64,000 bases of DNA from assembly GCA_035221665.1 (NCBI GenBank), contig CM069149.1, positions 32,054,001 through 32,118,000 of the forward strand, read 5' to 3'. The DNA is from Okamejei kenojei (taxonomy: Eukaryota). The notes under the pieces are model-generated. The model searched no databases, was not told the DNA's origin, and saw only the letters and a program-made list of their open reading frames with translations. A program made the position numbers and the translations under genes. Positions within the stretch are counted from its first letter, which is position 1; each line of letters opens with the position of its first letter. Below are positions 27,344-40,032 of this stretch, piece by piece.

Positions 27344-27841
27344 CTGATATAGGAATTCCACCAAGTCCTGTGTTGTGCGGTGGTATATTTAAGTCCAAGA
27401 AATTACTGTTCGAGGTGGGCGTTGCTGTGTGGTTCAAGTGCATCATGCTATTATGGGGGTATGCCATCCACGGGTACCGTGCCTGACCTGGAAAACTGAA
27501 CGAGTTGTAGACGGCTCTGTGCTGAAAAGCTGGGAACCTCCGCGGTAATACAGAGTTGGGAAAAGAGTTGCCAATGGAATTGGCTGTGTTGGCAGAACCT
27601 GGTGTCAAGAAGCCACCAATGCCTTTGTTTGCAGTCTGCGATGGGGTCTGTAGTGCGCTGGGGGAATTGAGGCCCACGTTGGAAGGTTGGTCCTGGACTG
27701 AGAGTTCCTTCTCTATCAGGTCTGCTAAGGCTTTCCTGGTGATGTCGAACGGGTCGAAACCCAGGTCATCCTCTTGCTGTTTGGAGGAGCCAAACCCAAA
27801 AGCTGCTTGCCAGTCTGTTGATGAAGATACGGGGATTGTTT
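27344..27841 (-). CDS. CNOT4: CNOT4 exon (exon 10 equivalent), contains CAF40-binding motif
   Basis: 498 nt, attccag|(E)TIPVSSSTDWQAAFGFGSSKQQEDDLGFDPFDITRKALADLIEKELS...NTGLGGIPIS G|gtaggt; phase 1/1. Confidence 0.96.
27699..27773 (-). other. CNOT4: CAF40/CNOT9-binding motif (CBM) coding segment
   Basis: Encodes EDDLGFDPFDITRKALADLIEKELS, the conserved metazoan NOT4 CAF40-binding motif. Confidence 0.85.
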
Positions 27842-28684
27842 CTGGAATTTATCAAAGAAAATAAGAAATCAGTAAACATTTTAACAAATATTTAAATAAA
27901 GTGCATTGCTTTCAAACAGCCATTAACTCTTAATCTGTGTTGAGTTGGAAGTTAATGAACAAAGGTGGCCCAAATGAGAATTAAATCACAAAAGGGCACA
28001 GTTTGAAAAGTGAGCAATGTCAGTTCCTTCATTAAATGGCACTACACCGAGGGGGAGGTTCTGTATCTATGCAGGGGAACGCAGTTAATGAAAAGATTGG
28101 GAAAACATCTATAAAGGATTTAATTGGAATTATTATTATTATTGGCTATTTTGTTTTCTTCCCTTTTGTTCCTTCTGATGAGCAGGTTAATGTTGGCAGT
28201 GCTTTTTTTTGTGGGCACGCAGGAGACAAGGAAGAGTGGGAAGAGGAGGCGAGAGCGCGAGGTTCATGTACATGGTGAGCAAAGAGACTGGATGGTGATA
28301 CAAGTAAATAGGACGGGGAGGAACAGATTTCAACAGGAAACTATGCTGGAGTCCAGCCACAATGGAGCCCGAGCATGGAATTCAAAATTTATGAAATATA
28401 CACTTTCTTTTTTCATAGTAGACATGTGGGTTAACAGAAATAACCTTTCAAATTCTACATCCAACACAGAAAACATATATAATTTAAATGCACACATGGC
28501 TTTAAATTCAGAAGGTACTTGATTGACATTGAACGAATAGCTAACTCCAATCACGCAAGGAACGCTGCTATGTGCCAAATTCCTCTCAGGAATCCAGAGC
28601 ACAATCATCACATTTTTAAAAGCTTAAAAACACCCTTTTTTGATAGCTGCATACAAAGGCTCAACACCAGAGTCATACAGCAGA

Positions 28685-30317
28685 CAGTGCCCTCCATAAT
28701 GTTTGGGGCAAAGACATTTGGGACATTTATTTATTTGCCTCTGTACTCCACAATTTGAGATTTGTAATATTAAAAAATCACATGTGGTTAAAGTACACAC
28801 TGTCAGATTTTAATAAAGGCCATTTTTATACATTTTGGTTTCACCGTGTAGAAATTATGAGTGTTTATTCAAAGTCTCCCCATTTCAGGGCTCCATAATG
28901 TTTGAGACACAGCAATGTCATGTAAATGAAAGTAGTCATGTTTAGTATTTTGTTGCATATCCTTTGCATGCTTTAAGTCTGAGATTCATGGACATCACCA
29001 GTTGCTGGGTGTCTTCTCTGGTGATGCTCTGCTAGGCCTGTATTGCGGCCATCTTTAGTTTATGATTGTTTTGGGGGGTAGTCCCCTTCAGTTTTCTCTT
29101 AAAAGGCATGCTCAATAAGATCGGGTGATTGACTTAGCCACTCAAGAATTTACCATTTTTTAGCTTTGAAAAGCTCCTTTGTTGCTTTAGCAGTATGTTT
29201 GGGATCATTGTCTTGCTGTAGAATGAACCGCCGGCCAATTAGTTTTGAGGCATTTGTTTGAACTTGAGCAGATAGGATGTGTCTATACACTTCAGAATGC
29301 ATTATGTTACTACCATCAGCAGTTGTATCATCAATGACGATAAGTGAGCCAGTACCTTCAGCAGCCATACATGTCCAGGCCATAACACCCCCACCAGTTT
29401 CACACATGAGGTGGTATGCTTTGAATCTTGGGCAGTTCCTTCTCTCCTCCATACATTGCTCTTGCGATCACTCGGATATAAGTTAATCTACGTCTCATCT
29501 GTCCACAAGACCTTTTTTTCCAGAACTTGTGGTTGATCTTTTAAGTACTTGTCAAACTGTAACCTGACCATCCTATTTTTGCGGCTAACCAATGGTTTGC
29601 ATCTTGCAGTGTAGCCTCTGTATTTCCGTCCATGAAGTCTTCTACGGACAGTGGTCATTGACAAATCCACACCCGACTCCTGAAGCGTGTTTCTGATCTG
29701 TCGGACAGGTTTGGGGATTTGTCTTTATTATAGAGAATTTTTCTGTCGTCAGCTGTGGAGGTTTTCCTTGGCCTGCCAGTCCCTTCGTGATTAGTAAGCT
29801 CACCAGTGCTCTCTTTCTTCTTAATGATGTTCCAAACAGTTGATTTTGGTAAGCCTAAGGTTTGGCTGATGTTTCTAACCGTTTTATTCTTGTTTCTCAG
29901 TCTCATAATGGCTTCTTTGACTTTCATTGGCACAACTTTGGTCCTCATGTTCATGAACAGCAATAAAAGTTTCCAAATTTGATAGAAAGACTGGAGGAAA
30001 GACTAGGTGCTGAGAGCTCTTTTATACCTGCATTAAGGAGGCATTTAAACACACCTGAGCAATTACAAACGCCTGTGAAGTCATGTGTCCCGAACATTAT
30101 GGTGCCCTGACATGGGGGAGGAGACTATGTATAAACACAGCTGTGATTTCTACTTGGTGAAACCAAAATGTGTAAAAATGCCCTTTAATTAAATCTGACA
30201 ATGTGCACTTTAACCATGTATGATTATTTTTTTTTTAGTTACAAATCTCAAATTATGGAGTACAGAGGCAAATAAATAAATGATGGGTCTTTGTCCCAAA
30301 CATTATGGAGAGCACTA
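28685..30317 (-). mobile_element. Tc1 family 2 copy A (full length, degraded transposase 28942-29948)
   Basis: TIR CAGTGCCCTCCATAATGTTTGG with inner repeat ccataatgtttg; minus-strand LWTDET and QQDNDPKH; TA TSDs eroded. Confidence 0.95.
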
Positions 30318-30579
30318 TGTCAACAGAAAGCTGGTAGCTCTTGGCAAGACATGGGATTGGAGTTTCACATGAGCAATTATCTCCACTGGTATCAGCTTTG
30401 ACAGAATGCTGTACATTTTAAGGCAAATATGATAACCTTTATATTGAATGAATGACACATCTATTAAACACATGACAATGTTTTAATTAGATTATCTAAG
30501 GTGCAGCACCTCTTGACATGTTTTGTGAGTGATCGGGGCACTCATCGGCATCAGGTGCAATGTAAAAGATACAATATAT

Positions 30580-30740
30580 AAGGAACAAAACACAGTGCTG
30601 GAGTAATGCAGCAGGTCAGGCAGTATTACTGAAGAACGGATAAGTGACGTTTCAGGTCAGGACCCATCTTCAGATCATGTCCGCCAGAGATGGTGCCTGA
30701 CTCACCAAGTTACTCCAGCACTTCGGTTTGCTTAAGATTC
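30580..30740. mobile_element. Inverted pair of Penelope-derived tails
   Basis: gtgctggagtaa...ggtcaggca at left is the reverse complement of tgcctgactc...ttactccagcac at right. Confidence 0.65.
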
Positions 30741-31679
30741 CTCTTGTTTTGCAACCTAAAAGGATAGCTTAATCTGGAATAATGACTTTCATTAAAGGCC
30801 GTGTTAAATATTTTGGAGAATGGAAAGTCCTGAGCCACTATAAAACTAAACATGGCCATTCCACAACCAAAAGTAATCATCAGTTATGCCTTCAGCTAAA
30901 AGCTTCAATGATTTGAAATTGTCAGTTCAGCCTCAGATTAATGGGAGACTACTAACGAGGAAATATATTTAATCTTTGGATCCTTATTTGAGAGAAAGCT
31001 GGCAGTTATTTTGTTAGTTTATGCATTACATTTTATATATATCATGGTTTAAATGCACTGAAGTTACTCGAATCTAAACCTAAATAGTTTCAACTGATTT
31101 ATGTGATAGCAGCTGGTTTTCTTCAAAGCTATTTCGTTTGTAGAGCTCTTAAGAAGAGATCACAAAAGATACAAAAACACAAATTTTCTCTCCCCGACTA
31201 CTTTGGAAGGGGATTCACACTGTGAAATTATTGATTTCAATAGCAATCAGAGAATAGGGGAGCTGGTAGGAGGCAAGGCAGTGCAGGAGCAGAAAAAGGC
31301 AGGGGTCAAGGCAGAGCAAGGGAGAGGTGAACAGTTAGAACGACAAAGCATTCTTCAAGCATCTTCCATCAAACAATTTGAGCCTTTTAACTGGAAATAA
31401 ATTCTGCAATGATCAGCATTAATCTATCAGTAAAGTGGCATAGCGGTTGGTTGATGCTGCTGCCTCCAGAAATCTGGATTCAATTCTGACCTCAGATGCT
31501 ATCGATGTGAAAACCTCACATTTCCCTTGGATGTTCTGGCTTTATTCCATATCCCAAATGAGGTTTAATTGACAACTTTAAATTCCCCAAGCACAGGTGA
31601 GGGACAGGAGGAGCAAAGAAAGGTGATGGGACAGGTGGGAGAAATAAATCAGGGAAGTAAATGGATGAATGGGCGGATG

Positions 31680-33400
31680 GCAACAGAGCACTACAGCACT
31701 GGAACAGACATTTCAGCTCACAATGTCTGTGCCAAACAGGATGCCAAGAAAAACGAATCTCCTCTGCCTGCACATGAACCATTTCCCTCCATTCCTTGCA
31801 CATCCATGCGCTATCTAAAAGCCTCATAAATACTGCTAACATATCTGCTTCCACCATCACCACTGGCTGCACATTCCAGATGCTCGCCCTCCTGTCTAAA
31901 AGATAAATGTCCTTTAAACTCAGCCCTCATTACCTTTAATCTATGCCTGCTGGTCTTTCTAACATTTCCATCATGGGAATAAGGATCTGACCATCTACCC
32001 CATTTATTCCATTCATAATTTGATATACTTCTGTCAATCTCAACTCAAGATCCAACATCCCAAAGAAAATAATCTGTTTATCCAACCTCTCCTTTTAGCC
32101 AATGCCCCTTAATCCAGGCAGCATGCTGAAAACCTCTTCCCATCCTCTAAGTCTCCACATCCTTCTTGTAATAATGTGATCAGAATTGCACACCGTATGC
32201 CAAAACCAGCCTAATCAATGTCCTATGAGCTGCATCATCACTTCCTGCCTCTTATACTCTATGCCCAGATGAATGATGACAGGTATACATTATGCCTTCC
32301 TTACCATTCCATCTACTTGCACAGCCACTTTCAGGAAGCTTATGGACCTGGACCTGAAGATAGCCCCTGCATATCAATGCTTTTACAGGTCTTTCCATTA
32401 ACTGTATACTCACCCCTATACCCGTCCTCCCAAAGTTCAACATGACACACTTGACCGGCTTAAACACCATCTGGAATTCCACCACCCACTTCTACAGCTA
32501 ATCTATTTCCCACTGTCTATTTTGACAGCATTCCTAGTGGTCCCAAATTCCAGCAATCTTGGTGTAGTCTGCAAATTTACAAACTAACAAATCAATACTT
32601 GGGTCCAGGTCATTTAAGTATCAGAGGTCCCACCAAAGACCCACTCCAAGCGGAACTCCACTTGCCACTGACATCTACCCGGAATACCACAACCCTGGGT
32701 TCTATGGATCCATGCAACCAAGTGACCATTAATCCCATGAATCTTAATCTTCTGGATCAGCCTACCATGATTGATTTTATCAAATGTCCGACTAAAATCC
32801 ATGTTGACGACATTCACTGCCCTATTCTCATGGATTACCTTTGTCACATCAAAACAACTCGATAGAGTTCATAAAGCATGACCTACCATGCATAAAGCAT
32901 GCTAACTGACCCTAATTAGCCCATTCCCTCCCAAATGGGGATAAATCCTAATCCCAAAGAATCCTTTCCATTGGCACTGATGGGAGGCTCACTGACATCT
33001 AACTCCATGGATTTTCTCTACTTCCCATCTCCAGGATCAACATTGGCCAGTTTCTAGTTCTCCAGGACCTCTCAAAGAAGATAAGTTCTTTATCAAGACC
33101 CATGCAATGCATCTCTTGCATTTCTCAATAACCTGGGATAGATCCCGTTAGGCCCTGGAGATTTAACAACCTTAATGCAAGAAGCCAAACACCACCTCCT
33201 CGATCTCAAACTGTTCTTGCATATACTATTCTCCACACTAATGTCACTTTCCCCTATGTCCTTCCCCTTGGGGAATACAGATGGAAAGTACTCATTGAGT
33301 ACATCGTCTACATCCTCTGACTCCCACCACAAATTCCCTCCTTTATCAATCCTAGCTTCTTCCTAGCTACCCTCTTGTCTTTAAGGTACATATAAAAAGC
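31680..33400 (-). mobile_element. Degraded CR1 LINE (RT region to 3' end)
   Basis: Minus-strand KSPGPNGIYPRLLR, AVNVVNMDFSRTFDKINHGRLIQK and QMVFKPVKCVMLNFGR remnants. Confidence 0.85.
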
Positions 33401-34059
33401 TGTGAGATTTTTTTGAAAGGTATTTTATAGCCCCTTTTGGCTCTAATTGCCTGCTTGAGTTCTTTCCCACTTGCCTTAAATTTCTCAAAGGCCCAGTAAC
33501 ACTATGAATAATGGCCTGCCTTGATGAAAATAGGATGATGAATTGAAAAGTGCCGTAGTCAAAACAATTTCTATATAGAACCATGGAGATGAATGAATCA
33601 ATTTTATTTAATGTGGCCGGTTGAGTAATTTGTTTTTGATCATCCATAAGTAGTTGCTTGAGGATATTCATTGTCATCAGAACAAATGGTTGTCCATTTC
33701 AGTCTGATTCATCTCCAACAATAAATGTGGGAACATTGTTATCTTTATAAATACTTGCTGTACCTGCATACATATACTAACGCACCCAAATCCCCATCCA
33801 GCTCTTAAGGCTAATCTCTCATTTAGGTATTATACTTCCAGTTTTCCTGCAAAACAGACAATTCCCCATTTTCACATTTAGCAGTTCTTTATTTAACCTA
33901 GCTGTGCCCTTCAGTCTCGCTTCCTTCATACGACCATAACCGGCGAATTACATAACTAGGGCTGTAGATGGGGCTTTAATTTAAGTAGTTTGGGGGGAGG
34001 GGGGGGGCGGGAGAAAGGATTCAACAGATTACAAAAGTATGGGTAAAGGGAAGGAGAGG

Positions 34060-36648
34060 ATACTGAAGACTCCAGAATAAGAAATAGGACAGGAAGTTAA
34101 GAAAGGGATATTTGAACGCACGCAGTATACGAAACAAGGTGGATGAGATTGTAGCGAAATTCAAAATTGGCAGGTATGATATTGGGCATCAGTCGTGTCT
34201 GAAAGAGGATCAAAGCTGGAGGCTGCACATCAAATGAGATGCATCCAATCGAAAAGACAGGCCGGTGGGATGAGAGGGTGGGGTGGTTCTGTTGGCAAAG
34301 AAGGATGTCCAATCCTTAGCAAGAATTGACCGGATTGGATGAAGTGGAATGCTTTTGAGTAAAGTTAAGAAACCGCAAGGGTAAAAAGATCAGGATGGGA
34401 GTTATATATTTGGCCTCTGAATATTGCCAAGGATGTAGCAGACAAATTACATCAGGAGATAGAAGATTTTAGATTTGGTGTTCTGCAGGGGGTCAGTGCT
34501 GGGTCTGCTACAGTGCCCTCCATAATGTATGGGACAGAGACCCATAATTTATTTATTTGCCTCTGTACTTCACAATTTGAGATTTGTAATAGAAAAAATA
34601 AAGGACATTTTTATACATTTTGGTTTCACCAAGTCGAAATTACAGCTGTGTTTATACATAGTTCCCCCCATTTCAGGGCAACATAATGTCCGGGACACAT
34701 GACTTCACAGGCGTTTGTAATTGCTCAGGTGTGTTTTATTACCTCCTTAATACAAGAAAAAGAGAGCTCTCAGCACCTAGTCTTTCCTCCAGTCTTTGCA
34801 CTACCTTTGGAAACGTTTATTGCTGTTTATCAACATGAGGACCAAAGTTGTGCCAAAGAAAGTCAAATAAGCCATTATGAGATTGAGAAACAAGAATAAA
34901 ACTGTTACAGACATCAGCCAAACCTTAGGCTTACCAATATCAACTGTTTGGAACATCATTAAGAATAAAGAGAGCACTGGTGAGCTTACTAATCGCAAAG
35001 GGACTGGCAGGCCAAGGAAAACCTCCACAGCTGACGACAGAAGAATTCTCTCTATAAAGAAAAAACCCCAAACACTTGTCCGACAGATCAGAAACACTCT
35101 TCAGGAATCAGGTGTGGATTTGTCAATGACCACTGTCCGCAGAAGATTTCATGAACAGAAATACAGAGGATACACGGCAAGATGTAAACCACTGGTTAGC
35201 CGCAAAAGCAGGATGGCCAGGTTACAGTTTGCAAAGAAGTACTGGAAAAAGGTCTTGTGGACAGACGAGACGAAGATTAACATATCAGTGATGGGAAGAG
35301 CAAAGTATTGGGGAGAGAAGGAACTGTCCAAGATCCAAAGCATACCGCTTCATCTATGGAACACGGTGGTGGGTATCTTATGGTCTGAACATGTATGCCT
35401 ACTGAAGGTACTGGCTCATTTATCTTCATTGATGATATAACTGCTGATGGTGGTAGCATAATGAATTCTGAAGTGTATAGACACATCCTATCTGCTCAAG
35501 TTCAAACAAATGCCTCAAAACATATCAGCAGGCGGTTCATTCTACAGCAAGACAATGATCCCAAACATACTGCTAAAGCAACAAAGGAGTTTTTCAAAGC
35601 TAAAAAATGGTAAATTCTTGAGTGGCCAAGTCAATCATCCAAACTGAACCCAATTGAGCGTGCCTTTTATATGCTGAAGAGCAAACTGAAGGGGACTAGC
35701 CCCCAAAACAAGCATAAGCTAAAGATGGCTGCAATACAGGCCTGGCAGAGCATCACCAGAGAAGACACCCAGCAACTGGTGATGTCCATGAATCGCAGAC
35801 TTCAAGCAGCCATTGCATGCAAAGGATATGCAACAAAATACTAAACGTGCCTACTTTCATTCACGTGACATTGCTGTGTCCCAAACATTATGGTGCCCTG
35901 AAATGGGGGGACTATGTATAAACACTGCTGTAATTTCTACATGGTGAAACCAAAATGTACAAAAATGGCCTTTATTAAAATTTGACAATGTACACTTTAA
36001 CCATGTGATATTTTTCAATTACAAATCTCAAATTGTGGAGTACAGAGGCAAATAAATAAATAATGGGTCTTTGTCCCAAACATCATGGAGGGCACTGTAT
36101 GTTTTAATGTTGTATGTTAATGATATGAATGATGAAATTGATGGTTTTATGGCCAGGTATGTGGACGATACAAAGATAGGTGGAGGGGTAGGTAGTGCTG
36201 AGGAAGCAAGGAGTCTGCACAAGTACTTGTATAGGTCGGGAGAGTGGGCAATTAAAAGGCAAATGAAATACAGCATAGCAAAGTGTATGGCCATGCACAC
36301 TGGTAGACTATTTTCAAAATGGGGAGAGGAACTTTGGAGGGGCAAAGGCACTTGGGATGCTGGTGCAGGATTCCCAAAAGATTAATTTGTGGGTTGAGAT
36401 AGAATGGAATGCAAATCCAATGTTGCTATTCATTACTTGAGGACTAGAAAATTAAAGCAAGGATGTATTGCTGAAGCTTTATAAGGAGTTAGCCAGACCA
36501 CATTTGGACTATTATGAGCAGGTTTCAGCCCCATATGTGAGGAAGGATGCACTGGCATAGGAGAGGACCAGAGACTTAGGAGAATTATCCCAGAGATGGT
36601 TAGGTTGACGTACGAGAAGTGTTTGATGGCTCTGGGCTGCAGGATGGT

Positions 36649-36679
<31 letters not shown>

Positions 36680-37020
36680 GAGAGAATCTTGTGAAACCTA
36701 CCAAATAATGAAAGGTCTAAATAAACTGGGTGTGGACAATGTTTCCAGTAGCAGGAAAGTCTGGGAGCAGAGGCACAGCCTCAGAATAAAAGGACACACC
36801 TTTAGATTGGACTTGAGGAGGGATTTTGTCAGTGTGGTGAATCTGTGGAAGGCCAAGTCCATGGGTATTTTTAAAGTCAACATTGATAGGTTCTTGATTC
36901 GTATGTGTGTCAAAGGTTATGAGGGGAGGAGAATGGAGTTGAGAAGGAAAAATAGATCAGCCATGATCAATGGGGAGCAGACTTGATGGGCCGAAAAGCA
37001 TAATTCTGCTTCCCCGTCTA
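34060..37020 (+). mobile_element. CR1 LINE fragments split by Tc1 copy B
   Basis: GSVLG motif (34490-34508) continues after the Tc1 as LYVNDMNDEIDGFMARYVDDTKIGG; 3' tail near 37020; endonuclease-like remnants at 34060-34460. Confidence 0.8.
34511..36097 (+). mobile_element. Tc1 family 2 copy B (full length 1587 bp, transposase pseudogene 34835-35844)
   Basis: TA TSDs (34509-10, 36098-99); TIRs CAGTGCCCTCCAT..; GRPRKT, LWTDET, QQDNDPKH, LNPIE, KGYATKY*. Confidence 0.97.
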
Positions 37021-37449
37021 CGAACTATCTACCAGTAATAGCTGTGCACTGCAATGTGAATACTATGAACTTGAAAAACAGCTAGCAACGTTACAGATTC
37101 TTGCACAATAACACAAAAAATCTGCACTAATAAAACGTGGAGAAAATCAGACAGGAGCTCAGTGTTTTTTTAACACACTAGAGTGGGAAGTGGAGAGTTG
37201 TCAGAGAAGCTCTTTGCGCACACAAACAAGCAGCGTGCATTTATATTGACTGGTGCAATCAGATGATTTTTGGTAAATGTGTGGGAGACAAGTGTATTCA
37301 TGGTAATCTTCTTTCTTAGAACATCATGGAACAAACTAGGGAACAGGCTATCTTAAATCTAGTATGCCATGACAGAAAGTTAATGAATAACTTGGTAATT
37401 AAACGTCTGCATGACTGATCATAATATGATTGTCATACTGCAGTGAGTC

Positions 37450-37770
37450 ATACTGCTCAGAAACAAGCCCTTTGGCCCACCAAGTCCGTGCCAATCATTA
37501 AACACTCATTAACACTAACCCCATCTTTTATTCTTTCTGCACTTTCATTAATTCTCACAAGATTCTACCACACACCAGCACACCAGGGGCAGCCTACAGG
37601 GCCAATTAACCCCCCCAACCCGCACGTCTTTGGGACGTGCAAACATCGTGAAGTATCTGGAGAAAAGCTACAGTCACAGGGGCAATGTACAAATTCCACA
37701 CAGACAGCAGAGGTCAAGAGTGAACTTGGGTTTTGGAACTGCAAGGCAGCCGGACAACGGGCCGAGTCAC
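37450..37770 (-). mobile_element. V-SINE, diverged
   Basis: ggccaattaac..cgcacgtctttggga..gtacaaattccacacagacagc is the reverse complement of the V-SINE body. Confidence 0.7.
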
Positions 37771-39919
37771 TGAGCTGTTTATCTTGCGAGTCAACAAAAA
37801 ACAGAATACAGTTCACAAATCCGATCAAACCTAAAACTGCAGCTTTGAAGGTGTCTGCTAATGTAGATCGGAGAAACTAGATTAAAATATATAACCATGC
37901 AAAAACCATCATGAAGAATTCATCATTTAAAAATGTCTCTAGCTTCCAATATATAGCTTCCAAGGTATTCGAGGGAGGCTCAACAGTGGCTACTGAAAGT
38001 AGTTAAATGTCATTAGATGAAACAAACAGATTTTAAAGCTATCGAGTTGAGCCTAATAATTGAAAGAAACATAGAATTTAGATCAAGAAACTGGAAAAAA
38101 TAGAAGATTAAACTAGCTTCAGAAAACAGCCTGCAAAAGCTTTTAGAACCTTGCAAAATGGAAAAGACATCTTTGTTGCAACACAACACATTCCTGAAAT
38201 ATTAGAAAACTGGTGGGCACTGAAAGGAATTAATCGGAGAGATTAATTAGACACAAACTCCCGAATCCTCAAGATTTGATGGGCGGCAGCTGAGAGTTTG
38301 GACAAGTGGCTGGAAAGAAAATGAATGCATTGGTGTCAACCTTGCACAGTTCTTTAGAATATACAATGGCTCGTGTAAATAAGGAACAAACCCAACCACC
38401 AATGGAGAGAGTTAACAAGGAATGTTGACCAATCAACTGGACTAAAAAAGAGACAAATTACCACTTTGATAAGAAAAACAATGAAGTTGGGAACATTGGT
38501 AGAGAAACATGGATGTGCTAATGCTCAAAAATGATAATACCACGGGGAAGACGATTAACATTTGCTTTTATTGAAACCAGTTTGGAAGTTATTACCACAA
38601 CACTGGTAAGATTATATCTGTTTAGCTCTTAAATGGAATAAAACATTGGCTTCGAGTAATGCAAAGCTTCTATTGGACTGACCTCTGGCATCAGAGGACT
38701 ATAGCTTGAAGTATTTACTCCCTGGAGTTCAGAACAATGAGTAAATCAAAATTGTCAGAGAGAATAACAGGGAAGTACTGGGATTTTATTTTGTCTGGTG
38801 GGGGGGGGGGGGGGGGGGGGGGGAGGGAGGGTGAAGTGTTGGAAAGAGGAGGGGGGAAAAGAGAGGTCATTGTGAGATTGTGGTGTCAGAATGTGAGTGG
38901 CAAATTTAAAGGCTTGGCTTTATGATTTTGTGTTTCAGTTTTTCAGTATGCCCACATTGGGGTTAGATAGTTGCATTTTTTTTTAAACAAAATTGGGAAG
39001 GTAGATTAGAAAAAAAACAGCCATGATCTTGTTCAATAGCAAATGAAAAGAAATGAATGCTCTGCTCCAGTTCCTATTCCTCTTGTTCTTTAGAAATGTA
39101 GTTAAAGATTAGGGCTGATCAGGAAATTCAGGAGCAGATCCATTTATGTGGGGCATAGTGGGTCAATGAAGACCATGACTACACACAGTACAAAGTTAAA
39201 GGATAATATAATCAGAGGTTGTGAGTATCAAAAGTAACACCACTGAACTAGCGGGTTCAAGGATGCGAGATAATCTGTTAAATGCTTTAAAATAAAGTAT
39301 TTTCATAAGGTAGATAGGTAAAGAAACTGCAAAGGGGCAGGAGAGTCCAAAAGTTAGAGCATAAAATAAAAAAAACTATTAAATTCATTGGATTTCACAA
39401 GGAATTTCATTTCTAGTGAATGCTGAGCATATGAAGTTGGCTATTCCTTTGTGGTTGAAACAGATAATCTGGGTGGATTTAAGGGAAACTCCAGCAGATA
39501 GAGACATAAGTGAGAGATATGAGAAGTGGGAGCAAGTTCATCAACAGCATGACATCCAATTTAGGTTGTTAAGATGAATAATCTGTTTCTTCTGTAATTT
39601 TTCCCTTTGATCATACACACTCAGTCCTGGGTTGATGACCTCCTGGCTCAAATTCCTTTCACCATAACAATCCATTTGGAACAAATGTAATTCTTTATAC
39701 CACATAGGACATCCACCCTAAGCCATGGGTCTGTAATATCTCTGAAAGAGGGATCATTCATCACAGGTGCAATTTACTTGGAGCTCGACGATAGTGTATT
39801 TCAATGAAGTAAGGTGAAAGCCACCCCCCACCTGAACTACTGCTCCTCCCATGCAAATAATGGGAAATGTATAATCCTCTGCAATCTTTGCACATCCCCA
39901 AAGCAATCTTTGCACATCC

Positions 39920-40032
39920 CCTAAGCTTTACCACTCTTCACTTTATGTTCATGTTTCATGTATTTTGTGTTTTTATGACTGTTGGCAAATTAATTTCCCT
40001 CCTGGGATAAATAAAATTCTATCGTATTGTAT
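39920..40032 (+). mobile_element. Rex1/Babar-like LINE 3' tail
   Basis: aatttccctcctgggataaataaaattctatcgtattgtat terminus. Confidence 0.6.

Noticed and set aside
28036-28522. ORFs with hydrophobic, signal-peptide-like N-termini
   Set aside because: Produced by T-rich low-complexity intron sequence; no splice or homology support.
39881-39926. 22-bp tandem duplication (similar small ones at 9481-9512 and 56200-56233)
   Set aside because: Ordinary slippage duplications with no further structure.
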